Shown: positions 1 through 9,824, counted from the stretch's first letter. The stretch: DNA of 64,000 bases from a virus (IMGVR_UViG_3300037424_002485:24022-88021); one strand, 5' to 3'. Made by a program: numbers and translations. Notes: generated by a model from the sequence alone, not told the origin.

Positions 1-2
1 GG

Positions 3-347
3 CGTGGACGATATAATGAAGACACTGATTTATCAATTCGCGCGCTTAAAGACGGGTATTGTACGATATTATTTAATGCATTTCTTGCATTTAAATCAAC
101 AACAATGACAATGTCGGGTGGAAATACTGATGAACTATATAAAGATGACGGTCGTCTAAAAATGGCGCAATCATTAGTCGATCAGCACCCGAGTATAGTA
201 AAAATAACGTGGAAATTTAATCGCTGGCAGCATAGCGTTAATTATAGTCTGTTCAAACGTAATAAATTAATACGAAAAAAAGGAATACGAATACCGGAAG
301 GCGTCGATAATTACGGTATGGTATTACGAAATATAAAAGGAGAATGA
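3..347 (+). CDS. 5'-truncated GREB1-like/TET-associated (TAGT) glycosyltransferase, C-terminal half
   Basis: Frame is open from nt 3, upstream of the ORF-track start at 105: RGRYNEDTDLSIRALKDGYCTILFNAFL..TMTMSGGNTDELY..HPSIVKITWKFNRWQHSVNY..GVDNYGM. The RYNEDTDL, GGNT, HP and RWxH motifs match my recollection of phage GREB1-like proteins. Confidence 0.6.
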   Translation, partial: RGRYNEDTDLSIRALKDGYCTILFNAFLAFKSTTMTMSGGNTDELYKDDGRLKMAQSLVDQHPSIVKITWKFNRWQHSVNYSLFKRNKLIRKKGIRIPEGVDNYGMVLRNIKGE

Positions 348-351
348 AACC

Positions 352-1380
352 GTGAAAATCAACCGCAAAGAATTACTCGCTGCACTCGAAGCCGTACGAC
401 CGGGATTAGCGGCACGAGATTTAATCGAACAATCGACCGCATTCGTATTCCAGGCAGGCCGCGTATACACGTATAACGACGTCGTCGCCGTCAGCCACCC
501 GTGCCCGGCGGGTCTCGCCGGTGCCGTGCAGTCGAAGGAACTCCATGCACTGCTCACGCGACTCGCCGACGACGACCTCGAAGTCGAAACGACGGCTGAC
601 GAAATGCTCGTCCGCGGTAAGCGCAGCAAAGCGGGAATTACCTTGCAAACAGAGATTACGCTGCCCCTCGGCGAAGTCGGTGCGCGGAAAACGTGGACTG
701 CCCTTCCTCAGGGTTTCGCCGCCGCCGTCAAATTTGTGCTGTTCTCGGCGGGAGCCGATATGACGAAGCCGTGGTCAACTGCCGTGCACGTAGCCGGCTC
801 GACGGTCGAGACCTGCGATAATTTCCGCCTGACCCGATACCTGCTGCCAGCGAAAAAAGGCGTCGTATCGAAGATTGATGCCGACCTACTCATTCCGGCG
901 GTGGCTTGCGCCGATCTCGTCAGCTACGCGCCAACCCACTATTCGGCAGACGATCAATGGGTACACTTCATGAACGCAGCCGGTACGGAATTCAGTTGCC
1001 GCACGGTCGCCGATAAGTTCCCCGACCTCAGCCCGTTCGTCAACCGCGAATGGCAGCACGAGGTTGAGTTCCCCGCAGATATGACGGAAATATTGGAACG
1101 TGCTAAGGTATTTCTCGTCGGCGATAAAAACGTACAGCCGGTAGTTAGCGTGAAGGCGTCATCGGGCCGACTGACGGTGTCGGCAAAAGGTGGAGCCGGT
1201 TGGTTCGAGGAAGTCGTGCGCGTAGTCGCGAGTAAAGAAGCCTTCGAGTTTCTCATAAACCCGAACGCGCTCGCCGACATGCTGGCGACGCTCAAAGACT
1301 GCGAACTCAGCGCCGACAAATCCGTGCTCAAATTTGAAGGCGATAATTTCATCCACTGCTGCGCGACGACAGTAGAATGA
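352..1380 (+). CDS. dnaN: DNA polymerase III beta-clamp-like sliding clamp
   Basis: 342 aa; three-domain size, DNFRL-type motif, FPDLSPF, MTEILERAKVF, INPNALADML; lies near a DnaX-like loader. Confidence 0.75.
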   Translation: MKINRKELLAALEAVRPGLAARDLIEQSTAFVFQAGRVYTYNDVVAVSHPCPAGLAGAVQSKELHALLTRLADDDLEVETTADEMLVRGKRSKAGITLQTEITLPLGEVGARKTWTALPQGFAAAVKFVLFSAGADMTKPWSTAVHVAGSTVETCDNFRLTRYLLPAKKGVVSKIDADLLIPAVACADLVSYAPTHYSADDQWVHFMNAAGTEFSCRTVADKFPDLSPFVNREWQHEVEFPADMTEILERAKVFLVGDKNVQPVVSVKASSGRLTVSAKGGAGWFEEVVRVVASKEAFEFLINPNALADMLATLKDCELSADKSVLKFEGDNFIHCCATTVE

Positions 1381-1736
1381 GGCGCGTATATGTAGCCGGT
1401 GCGTATAGCGCGGATAACGTCGTCGGCGTACTCAATAATATCCGTGAAGGTATACGATTATCGACCGAAGTGTTACTCGCCGGATACGCACCGTTCTGCC
1501 CGTGGCTGGATTTTCACTTTCAACTTATGCTGAGAGGCGACGAACGTCTCGCCGTCGTCGATTACTATCGCTACAGTTTGTCATGGCTCGACGTCTGCTC
1601 GGCTGTATTACTCGTGCCCGGTTGGGAGAATAGTCGGGGCACGTTGGCGGAGATCGAACGCGCACAGCAACTCGGTATCCCCATATTTAAATCAATAGCG
1701 GAATTGAAAGAGAGTCTACGAATTGAGAACGACTAA
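1377..1736 (+). CDS. DUF4406/nucleoside 2-deoxyribosyltransferase-like protein
   Basis: VYVAGAYS, PFCPWL, CSAVLLVPGWENSRGTLAEIERAQQLGIPIF. Confidence 0.55.
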   Translation: MRRVYVAGAYSADNVVGVLNNIREGIRLSTEVLLAGYAPFCPWLDFHFQLMLRGDERLAVVDYYRYSLSWLDVCSAVLLVPGWENSRGTLAEIERAQQLGIPIFKSIAELKESLRIEND

Positions 1737-3099
1737 TACATACGCTGATTTTTTACAGAGAAAAACGCATCTCGGGTCATTCGGCGGATTCGCGCCGTTG
1801 TCGATGCCCGATTTTCTTTTCGATTTCCAACGTGCGCTACTTGACTGGGGAATACGAAAGGGACGCGGAGCCTGGTTTGCCGATTGCGGACTCGGTAAAA
1901 CCCCTATGGAACTCGTGTGGGCGGATAACGTCGTACGTAAAACGAATAAGCGCGTGCTCATACTTACCCCTCTCGCCGTAGCCCATCAAACAATAAGTGA
2001 AGGCGAGAAATTCGGTATCGAATGCCGACGGTCCCACGCCGGTGAATTGTTTCCGGGTATCGTCGTAACGAATTATCAACGCCTACATATGTTCAACCCC
2101 GCCGATTTTATCGGCGTCGTATGCGATGAGAGTTCGATTTTAAAATCATTTGACGGTCAGACTAAAACAGCGGTGACCGAATTTATGCTTAAGCTACCCT
2201 ATCGTATGCTCGCTACGGCAACAGCTGCTCCTAATGATTATATAGAACTCGGTACGTCCAGCGAAGCTCTCGGCGAACTCGGTGCTATGGATATGCTCAA
2301 TCGTTTCTTCAAGAACGATCAAAATAACTCTAAAGTTGGCAGACATTACGGCGAGGTAGTGAAGTGGCGATTTAAGGGCCACGCAGAAACCGCGTTCTGG
2401 CAGTGGGTATGCTCGTGGGCGCGTGCCGTCAGAAAGCCGTCTGACTTGGGATTCGCCGACGACCGTTTCATACTACCCGCATTGACCGAATACGATCACG
2501 TCGTAAAAAATAAGCACGTGCCCAAAGGTATGTTTTTTGTCGAGGCTGCCGTCGGATTAAAAGAACAACGCGATGAACGCCGGCGAACAATTGTCGAACG
2601 CTGTGAGAAAGTAGTCGAATTAACTCAGCATAAAAAACCCGCGTTGATATGGTGTCATCTAAACGACGAAGGCGATATACTCGCAAAAGAAATACCGGGA
2701 GCCGTACAGATAAGCGGCAAAGACAGCGACGAAGAAAAAGAAGAAAAGTTCCTCGCGTTCACATCGGGGCAGATTAAAAAACTCGTGACTAAGCCTAAAA
2801 TAGGCGCGTGGGGTCTGAATTTTCAACACTGCAACCATATCGTCACTTTCGCCTCGCATTCCTATGAGCAATATTATCAGGGTGTGCGCCGCTGTTGGCG
2901 ATTCGGTCAGGAAAAACCGGTACGGGTAGATCGCGTGACAACTGAAGGCGAAGTTTTAGTTATGAAAAACCTTTCGCGTAAAGCCGCTGCCGCCGATAAA
3001 ATGTTTACCACGCTCGTCAGCTGTATGAACGATGCCGTACAGATTGATAAAAATAAATACTTTACCGAGAAAGAAAAGGTGCCCGCATGGCTGTCATAA
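1723..3099 (+). CDS. SNF2-like SF2 helicase
   Basis: DCGLGKT (Walker A-like), VVCDESS (Walker B), ATATAAPN, GLNFQ, QGVRRCWRFGQ. Confidence 0.85.
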   Translation: MRTTNTYADFLQRKTHLGSFGGFAPLSMPDFLFDFQRALLDWGIRKGRGAWFADCGLGKTPMELVWADNVVRKTNKRVLILTPLAVAHQTISEGEKFGIECRRSHAGELFPGIVVTNYQRLHMFNPADFIGVVCDESSILKSFDGQTKTAVTEFMLKLPYRMLATATAAPNDYIELGTSSEALGELGAMDMLNRFFKNDQNNSKVGRHYGEVVKWRFKGHAETAFWQWVCSWARAVRKPSDLGFADDRFILPALTEYDHVVKNKHVPKGMFFVEAAVGLKEQRDERRRTIVERCEKVVELTQHKKPALIWCHLNDEGDILAKEIPGAVQISGKDSDEEKEEKFLAFTSGQIKKLVTKPKIGAWGLNFQHCNHIVTFASHSYEQYYQGVRRCWRFGQEKPVRVDRVTTEGEVLVMKNLSRKAAAADKMFTTLVSCMNDAVQIDKNKYFTEKEKVPAWLS

Positions 3100-4082
3100 C
3101 GCAAAAAATAACCGAACAATACGCGCTATATAACGGTGACTGCATCGAAGTTATGGCGAAAATGCCGAATGAGTCCATTCATTTATCCGTATACTCGCCG
3201 CCATTCGGCGGATTATATCATTATTCGAGTAGCGAGCGCGATCTGTCTAATTGTAAAGACTACGATACGTTTTTTGAACACTACGCTTTTGTTGTCCGCG
3301 AACTCGCCCGGCTCACGATGCCCGGACGCATGACGGCGGTACACTGTATGGACGTACCGTCGAGCAACAGCGGAACCGATCATCTCAAAGATTTTCCCGG
3401 CGATATTATACGCTTGCACGAAAAAGAAGGCTGGAATTATATTGCCCGGTATTCGATATGGAAGGAACCGCTCGGCGTGCGCAATCGCACGATGGCAAAA
3501 AATCTTGCGCATAAAACTATTGTCGAAGACTCATCTCGTTGTAGCGTGGCGAGTGCTGATTACCTCCTCGTATTTCGGCGTAAGGGTCAGAATAAAATAC
3601 CGATCGCGCATCCGACTGGATTACTTGAATATGTTGGCGAACGAAAGATACCCGCGGATCTTATGAAATTTCGCGGTCATAAAGGCAACCAAATCGAAAA
3701 CAGATATTCGCATTGGATCTGGCGACAGTACGCATCCGCATTTTGGGATGATATTCGCTTGCAACGAGTGCTCCCGTTTAAGGCATCGCGTGAACAAGAC
3801 GATGAAAAGCACGTTCACCCGCTACAACTCGATGTAATCGACCGCACTATTGTGTTGTGGTCGAACCCAGGCGAAATAGTACTGACTCCGTTTATGGGTG
3901 TCGGCTCAGAGGTATACGCTGCCGTATGTGCGGGACGCAAGGGAGTCGGCATAGAATTAAAAACCGCATACTATCGGCAGTCGATAAAAAACGTTGAGGC
4001 TGCCGCCGAAGGTAAACGCGACGTAGAACAACGCGGGCTATTTGAAGACGCCGAGATAAACGAAAGCGAAATAGAGGGTTGA
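3087..4082 (+). CDS. beta-class N4-C/N6-A DNA methyltransferase
   Basis: SVYSPPF motif IV before HPLQL and TPFMGVGSE motif I; GIELK. Confidence 0.85.
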   Translation: MAVITQKITEQYALYNGDCIEVMAKMPNESIHLSVYSPPFGGLYHYSSSERDLSNCKDYDTFFEHYAFVVRELARLTMPGRMTAVHCMDVPSSNSGTDHLKDFPGDIIRLHEKEGWNYIARYSIWKEPLGVRNRTMAKNLAHKTIVEDSSRCSVASADYLLVFRRKGQNKIPIAHPTGLLEYVGERKIPADLMKFRGHKGNQIENRYSHWIWRQYASAFWDDIRLQRVLPFKASREQDDEKHVHPLQLDVIDRTIVLWSNPGEIVLTPFMGVGSEVYAAVCAGRKGVGIELKTAYYRQSIKNVEAAAEGKRDVEQRGLFEDAEINESEIEG

Positions 4083-4083
4083 G

Positions 4084-6030
4084 ATGGCAGGCCTCGGCTT
4101 CTTCACTAAACAACCGGTAACAAATAATACGGTGAAAACGACGACTGTGCTTCGCAAGGCTGCGTCGCGGCCCGCCCACGTCTTGCCGCCCGTGCTTGCC
4201 GTTGCCACGCCCGCCAGCCCGCCGGTATTGCCTAAGGCGAAGCCTGCCGCAGGCGGTAAGCCGCAGGCGGAACTCGACATCGAATGCTACTCGAATTATT
4301 TCCTCGTCAAATTTAGGCGGCCCTGCGGTACCTATATCGACTTCGAGATGGACAATAATTTCAGCGACGCCGTTCTCGATCGCGACGGCATCCGCAGACT
4401 GCTGGCGCGCTACGAAATCGTAACTTTCAACGGCACACGCTTCGACATACCCCTGCTGAAATATGCGCTGCAATACGACGGCTGCACGACTGCCGATCTG
4501 AAGGCATGCGCCGACGACCTCATAAAAAACGAACTCGCGGTATACCGGTTCGACGAAAAACACGGCTTGCGCGACCTCAACATCGATCATATCGATCTGA
4601 GTCCGTTGACGCCGATGATGACTGGCCTCAAGCTATGCGGAGCCCGCCTGCATAGTCCTCGCCTGCAAGACTTGCCGTATGCCGACGACACAGTACTCAC
4701 CGCCGACCAGATGGACGCCGTCTGCGAGTACTGCGGCAACGACCTCGAAGTTACAGCAGCGCTGAAAGCCGAATACGCTGAGGACATAGCGCTACGTCGC
4801 GATCTCGGCGCAAGGTATGGTGTTGACCTGCGCAGCCGCGGCGATGCTCAGTGTGCTGAGGATATTTTCCGAGTCGAGGCCGAGCGGCGCAGCGGAAAGC
4901 GCACGGTAAAGCCGAGGGAGTCGCACGCCAAAGAGTTTTATTACAAGATTCCCGACTTTATCAAATTTATCGATCCCCAGCTAAACGCGGTCCTCGACGT
5001 ACTGCGTGCCGAAAAATTCACGGCTAAGCCTGTCAACAAGGGCATAGCTGGCCCCGAGAAGTTAGCCAAGGCGAAAATCAATCTTGGCGGCATGACATAT
5101 GTTATGGGTATCGGCGGCCTGCACAGCACGGAAAAGTCGGCGTTTCACCTGGCTGACGACGACTTCGATTTATGGGATTTTGACGTTACCAGCTATTATC
5201 CGGCGATCATTCTGAACAGCGGTCTCTACCCGCCGAGCATCGGTCGCGTGTTTCTCGACATATACAGGGACATTGTCGACGAACGCATCGCCGCCAAAAA
5301 GGCCGGCGATAAGATTAAGGCCGACGGTATGAAGATTACGGCAAACGGAGCCTTCGGTAAACTTGGCAGCCCGTGGTCAATTCTATACGCTCCCGAGCTT
5401 ATGATACAAGTCACGCTTACCGGCCAGCTGTCGATCCTCATGCTTATCGATAGACTAACACATCACGGCCTACAGGTCGTATCCGGTAATACCGACGGGG
5501 TCGTCGTTAAACCGCGTCGCGATCAGGAAGACTTGATGCGAACTATCATAGCGAGATGGTCGCGTCAGACTGGGTTTGACGTTGAGTCAACTCACTACGC
5601 CGGCCTGTGGAGTCGTGACATTAACAATTATCTCGCTGTAGGCCATGACGGCCAGGTGAAGGCTAAGGGGACATTCGGTTACGCCGGCCGCAAGAAAAAT
5701 CCCGAATACGACGTCTGTACGGACGCGCTCATCGCTTACTTTAAACACGGCGTGCCCGTTGAGGAAACCGTGCGCGCGTGCGCCGACATCCGCAAGTTCA
5801 TCAGCGTCCGCCAGGTAAACGGCGGCGCGGTGAAAAACGGTGAGTACCTGGGCCGAGTCGTACGCTGGTATTACGGCGTCGGCGAGACCGGATTCATTGC
5901 GTATAAAACTAACGGTAACAAGGTTCCGCAGTCGGATGGCGCGCGGCCCGTCATGATGCTACCTGCCGAGCTGCCCGGCGATATAAACTATGACTGGTAC
6001 GTGAAGAAATGTTCGAGTTTATTTTACTAA
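4084..6030 (+). CDS. family-B-type DNA polymerase with 3'-5' exonuclease
   Basis: DIECY (ExoI), FNGTRFD (ExoII), YCGND (ExoIII), DFDVTSYYP (A), KITANGAFGK (B), GNTDG (C). Confidence 0.85.
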   Translation: MAGLGFFTKQPVTNNTVKTTTVLRKAASRPAHVLPPVLAVATPASPPVLPKAKPAAGGKPQAELDIECYSNYFLVKFRRPCGTYIDFEMDNNFSDAVLDRDGIRRLLARYEIVTFNGTRFDIPLLKYALQYDGCTTADLKACADDLIKNELAVYRFDEKHGLRDLNIDHIDLSPLTPMMTGLKLCGARLHSPRLQDLPYADDTVLTADQMDAVCEYCGNDLEVTAALKAEYAEDIALRRDLGARYGVDLRSRGDAQCAEDIFRVEAERRSGKRTVKPRESHAKEFYYKIPDFIKFIDPQLNAVLDVLRAEKFTAKPVNKGIAGPEKLAKAKINLGGMTYVMGIGGLHSTEKSAFHLADDDFDLWDFDVTSYYPAIILNSGLYPPSIGRVFLDIYRDIVDERIAAKKAGDKIKADGMKITANGAFGKLGSPWSILYAPELMIQVTLTGQLSILMLIDRLTHHGLQVVSGNTDGVVVKPRRDQEDLMRTIIARWSRQTGFDVESTHYAGLWSRDINNYLAVGHDGQVKAKGTFGYAGRKKNPEYDVCTDALIAYFKHGVPVEETVRACADIRKFISVRQVNGGAVKNGEYLGRVVRWYYGVGETGFIAYKTNGNKVPQSDGARPVMMLPAELPGDINYDWYVKKCSSLFY

Positions 6031-6044
6031 TAGGAGAATAACGG

Positions 6045-6962
6045 ATGCCATTACACCTTTCATATAGACCCGCTGAACTCAAGCAGATAGCCGGCAACCG
6101 AGAAACCGTCGCCGCTCTCGAAGCCGTACTCAGTCGCACGAAGGATTTCCCTCACGCCATGCTCTTCACCGGGCCGTCGGGTACGGGTAAGACGACGCTC
6201 GCGCGTATCGTAGCCGCACGCCTGGGTATAGCCGCAGGCGATCTCCGCGAGATGAATATCGCAAACCTACGCGGTATCGACAGCGCGCGTGAGATACAGG
6301 AACAAATGCGTTTGCGACCGATGAATGGCCGAGCACGCGGCTTCATCCTCGACGAAGTCCATATGGGGACGAAAGAGTTTTTTAACGCCATGTTAAAACC
6401 TATGGAAGATGCACCCGAACACGTATATTTCTTTCTGTGCACGACCGACCCGGCGAAGCTGCTCGCGACCATCAAGAACCGTTGTCACGAATTCAAAACA
6501 GAGGCGCTGGCGGCGAAGACAATAGCCGAGCTTTTACGCGGCGTGCTCACTGCCGAGAATATGAGCGTTCCCGACGAAGTGCTCGCGCAGATATGCGAAG
6601 ACGCTCAGGGCAGCGCACGCGCGGCGCTCGTCGTGCTCGATAAGATAATTGACATGAAACCCGCTGATATGCTCGAAGCCGCGCGTCGTACTGCTGCCGA
6701 ACAAAACCAGTCGATAGACCTCTGCCGTGCCCTTATTCGCGGCGACCGGTGGGAAGCCGTTGCGAAGATACTGGCAGGGCTCGGTGAATACGAGGTCGAG
6801 AATTTAAGGCTGGCCGTTCTCGGTTACTGCCAAGCTGTTCTGCTCAAAGGCGATACGCCGCGCGCGTGGACGGTACTCGATGCTTTTCGCGACCCCTTTG
6901 ATCGTATGGGTAGGCCGGGCGTCGTATGGGCGTGCTATATGTGCGCAAGCCAGCAGAAATAA
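6045..6962 (+). CDS. clamp-loader AAA+ subunit (DnaX gamma/tau-like)
   Basis: LSYRP, GPSGTGKTT, ILDEVH, LCTTDP, TIKNRC, GSARAAL. Confidence 0.85.
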   Translation: MPLHLSYRPAELKQIAGNRETVAALEAVLSRTKDFPHAMLFTGPSGTGKTTLARIVAARLGIAAGDLREMNIANLRGIDSAREIQEQMRLRPMNGRARGFILDEVHMGTKEFFNAMLKPMEDAPEHVYFFLCTTDPAKLLATIKNRCHEFKTEALAAKTIAELLRGVLTAENMSVPDEVLAQICEDAQGSARAALVVLDKIIDMKPADMLEAARRTAAEQNQSIDLCRALIRGDRWEAVAKILAGLGEYEVENLRLAVLGYCQAVLLKGDTPRAWTVLDAFRDPFDRMGRPGVVWACYMCASQQK

Positions 6963-7841
6963 ATGAATTCGCATTGGAGAAAAGGAATCAGCGCTTGGAA
7001 AATCAAAGGTGTTTTATACATCAGTGTCGTTTTTAGTTGGCAGCTTGCCGAAGCGAAAATTTTAGCCGTTCAGCATAAAGGAAAAACAATAATCGGAGGC
7101 CCGGCAGCGATAACCCATAAAAATAAAATAGACTGGGCGAATGTACAGGATGATTGTTCATACGACACTCTATCTATGCATAATCCATTTTGTACTTTCA
7201 CAAGTAGAGGGTGTATTAGAAAATGTCCTTTTTGTGTTGTACATAAAGTAGAAGGAGAGTTATTAGAACATACTGATTGGAAAATTGCGCCGATTATTTG
7301 TGATAATAATTTAACAGCGACTTCTAAAAAACATTTCGCGGCTGTTATAGAATCCGTGAAGCACTTTCCGTACATAGATATTAATCAAGGTATGGACGCA
7401 AGATTATTTACAAGTTGGCATGCTGATCAGTTACAAAAACTAAGCGCTGTGAAAATAAGATTTGCTTTTGATAATATCGACGAAGAGAATAAAGTGATCG
7501 ACGCTTTCAAATTATGCCGAGACAAAGGGTTTAATGATTTCGGTTGTTATGTTCTTATTGGGTATAATGATAATCCAGATGAAGCCCGTTATAAATTAGA
7601 ACTTTTGAAAAAAATAAAAGTGTATCCTATGCCGATGCGATACCAACCATGGGATACTAAAGTAAAAAATAGTTTCATAGCAGAGGGATGGACGCATCAA
7701 TTATTACAAGATACTATGCGCTATTATTCTAATTCTATTCGTTTTGGAGGTTTTGATTTCGATTCTTATAGAGACTTCACTCACGGAAGCAATAAACTCA
7801 CGGGAAAAATACAAAGTATTAAATCATTTTTTAATAAATAA
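6963..7841 (+). CDS. radical SAM protein (AT-rich gene)
   Basis: TSRGCIRKCPFC (CxxxCxxC), upstream IGGP, CDNN, YVLIGY. Confidence 0.75.
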   Translation: MNSHWRKGISAWKIKGVLYISVVFSWQLAEAKILAVQHKGKTIIGGPAAITHKNKIDWANVQDDCSYDTLSMHNPFCTFTSRGCIRKCPFCVVHKVEGELLEHTDWKIAPIICDNNLTATSKKHFAAVIESVKHFPYIDINQGMDARLFTSWHADQLQKLSAVKIRFAFDNIDEENKVIDAFKLCRDKGFNDFGCYVLIGYNDNPDEARYKLELLKKIKVYPMPMRYQPWDTKVKNSFIAEGWTHQLLQDTMRYYSNSIRFGGFDFDSYRDFTHGSNKLTGKIQSIKSFFNK

Positions 7842-7842
7842 A

Positions 7843-7877
7843 TCGCCGCTGGGCATAGCGAAAGCCGCTGCCGGCGA
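7843..7877 (+). terminator. GC-rich hairpin after the radical SAM gene
   Basis: tcgccg/cggcga stem with inner agcg/cgct; no U tract; TATAAT follows at 7879. Confidence 0.3.
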
Positions 7878-7906
7878 GTATAATAGAGTATACAGGAGAA
7901 CGGTGA

Positions 7907-8476
7907 ATGAATAAGCCTAAAATAATAGGTCTGGCCGGACGCGCGTACGCTGGTAAGACAACCGTTGCCGATCACCTTGTCAAGACCTACGGATTCGTTG
8001 CCGTCGCTAATGCGGACGCCCTCAAGACGATGCTCATCACAGCGGGCTTGTGTACGCATGACGAATGCTATGTTAAGAAGACCGAACGCAGCCGCGAACT
8101 CATGCAGAAAGTCGGCACGGAGATATTTCGTAAACAAATACATCCTGATTTCTGGATGCAGCGGACGGCGAAGCGTATTCACGAATTGATGGCGGCTGGT
8201 AAGTCAGTGGTTGTCCACGACATACGTTTTCCAAATGAGGCGAAGCTCGTCGGCGCATACCTGGGCGCGGGACTCGTCGTTAAGCTGGAGCGCATTAATA
8301 CCGACGGCAGCCCATATCGAGGTGCTCATGCCGAGGCGAACGAGCACGACAGCGAGCGCCTGGTCGATACCATTAACTGCGATTGCACGGTGACATGCGA
8401 GACCGGTGTTCCCGTGCTTATCGCCGCCGTCGAGACGCGGCTCCGGGAATACGGGTTTATAGGAGAACAGGAATGA
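7907..8476 (+). CDS. deoxynucleoside monophosphate kinase
   Basis: IIGLAGRAYAGKTT, ADALK, RELMQKVGTE, HDIRFPNE, HDSE. Confidence 0.8.
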   Translation: MNKPKIIGLAGRAYAGKTTVADHLVKTYGFVAVANADALKTMLITAGLCTHDECYVKKTERSRELMQKVGTEIFRKQIHPDFWMQRTAKRIHELMAAGKSVVVHDIRFPNEAKLVGAYLGAGLVVKLERINTDGSPYRGAHAEANEHDSERLVDTINCDCTVTCETGVPVLIAAVETRLREYGFIGEQE

Positions 8477-9138
8477 AGATAATCAGGCAAGGCTGGAGTT
8501 TTGAAGAGCCAGTAGACGGCGAGGCAATACTGGCAAAGATCGAACGCGCCGGTCGTACCTGCTACAAGAGCGAGGACAAGATCACATCCGAGTCAGCGCG
8601 TAAGTTCGTTGCCGGATGCATCAAGAGCGGTCACCATAGCGTTATCGAACACCATAATATCAGCGTGCGCATCGTAACTGATCGTGGCGTGACCCATGAG
8701 ATTGTCAGGCACCGGCTCGCCGCCTACAGTCAGGAAAGTACGCGGTATTGTAACTATAGTGGCGATAAGTTTGGCAACGAGATCACCGTAATCCTGCCGG
8801 TATATTTTTATAACGAAAGCAGTCCGCGTCTATTACGAGATACTCAGTGTCGATCACAATATTTATTATGGGAAGAAGCTATGCTTCAATCACAGGCACT
8901 TTATTTTAATCTGCTTGCAAACGGTCAAACCCCGCAACAAGCGCGCTCTGTGCTACCGAACAGTCTGAAGACTGAAATTGTAATGACGGCGAATATTCGT
9001 GAGTGGCGTCACTTCTTCACGCTACGTGCCGATAAGAAAAGTCATCCGCAGATGGTTGCACTTGCCGCCGATATGCTTACCGGTTTTCGCGACGCCGTTC
9101 CCGTGCTATTCGACGATATTCACCCGGAGGTAAAATAA
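8473..9138 (+). CDS. thyX: flavin-dependent thymidylate synthase
   Basis: GHHSVIEH, RGVTHEIVRHR, SQESTRY, ARSVLPN, HPQM; ATG 8473 overlaps the upstream stop. Confidence 0.9.
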   Translation: MKIIRQGWSFEEPVDGEAILAKIERAGRTCYKSEDKITSESARKFVAGCIKSGHHSVIEHHNISVRIVTDRGVTHEIVRHRLAAYSQESTRYCNYSGDKFGNEITVILPVYFYNESSPRLLRDTQCRSQYLLWEEAMLQSQALYFNLLANGQTPQQARSVLPNSLKTEIVMTANIREWRHFFTLRADKKSHPQMVALAADMLTGFRDAVPVLFDDIHPEVK

Positions 9139-9632
9139 TGTTGGACTACGAAAAAGACCTCGTCATAGATTTGTTGGCGCTGCACACCGAATGGAATAAT
9201 CAGCCGCGGGTCTTCATGCGATATAGCCGGGCACTTGCCGATAAACGTGATGAACTTGTCCGTGCCGAACAACGAGCTGATGTTGAACGCGCGGAAGCCG
9301 ATAAACGCGCGCGTCAGCGGCATGTTGCCGACGAAAAGAAACCCACAGAAGCTGTTATCAACTCCGAGATACTCACTGATACCGAGTGTAAGAAATTCAC
9401 CGAAATTGTATTCGTGCTCAAACATGAAACCGATATATTACAAGCAGCTGTACGCGCCTTCGATCAGCGCAAAGACGCTCTCGAAAATCTCGTCCGGCTA
9501 CACGGTCAGCAGTATTTCGCCGGTCCCGCCGTACCCTACGAAGTCGGCAGGCAGTTTGTCGAGGCTGCCGGCGAGGCCGAGCGCGGCGAATCCCGCGAAA
9601 AAGCGGTTGAGCGAACGCGGAGGCGGTCGTGA
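9138..9632 (+). CDS. UvsY-like recombination mediator (helical)
   Basis: Helical protein with KKPTEAVINSEI and AFDQRKDALENL; precedes the SSB. Confidence 0.5.
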   Translation: MLDYEKDLVIDLLALHTEWNNQPRVFMRYSRALADKRDELVRAEQRADVERAEADKRARQRHVADEKKPTEAVINSEILTDTECKKFTEIVFVLKHETDILQAAVRAFDQRKDALENLVRLHGQQYFAGPAVPYEVGRQFVEAAGEAERGESREKAVERTRRRS

Positions 9633-9811
9633 AAAATCAACCCGAGTATATTGAAATCTGGAAAACAGAAATGCGGATTTATCATGGCACTATCGCCTGG
9701 GGATGGCGGATGTACGGTATCGGATATAAAACGAAATGGTTCCTGGGATTTTCCATGCAAGTAATCCCTCGGATTATTGATGCAAAAATAATAAAATTTG
9801 AGAAACCATAA
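9629..9811 (+). CDS. small hypothetical protein
   Basis: 60 aa; overlaps both neighbours. Confidence 0.35.
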   Translation: MKNQPEYIEIWKTEMRIYHGTIAWGWRMYGIGYKTKWFLGFSMQVIPRIIDAKIIKFEKP

Positions 9812-9824
9812 AGGAGGCAGTACA

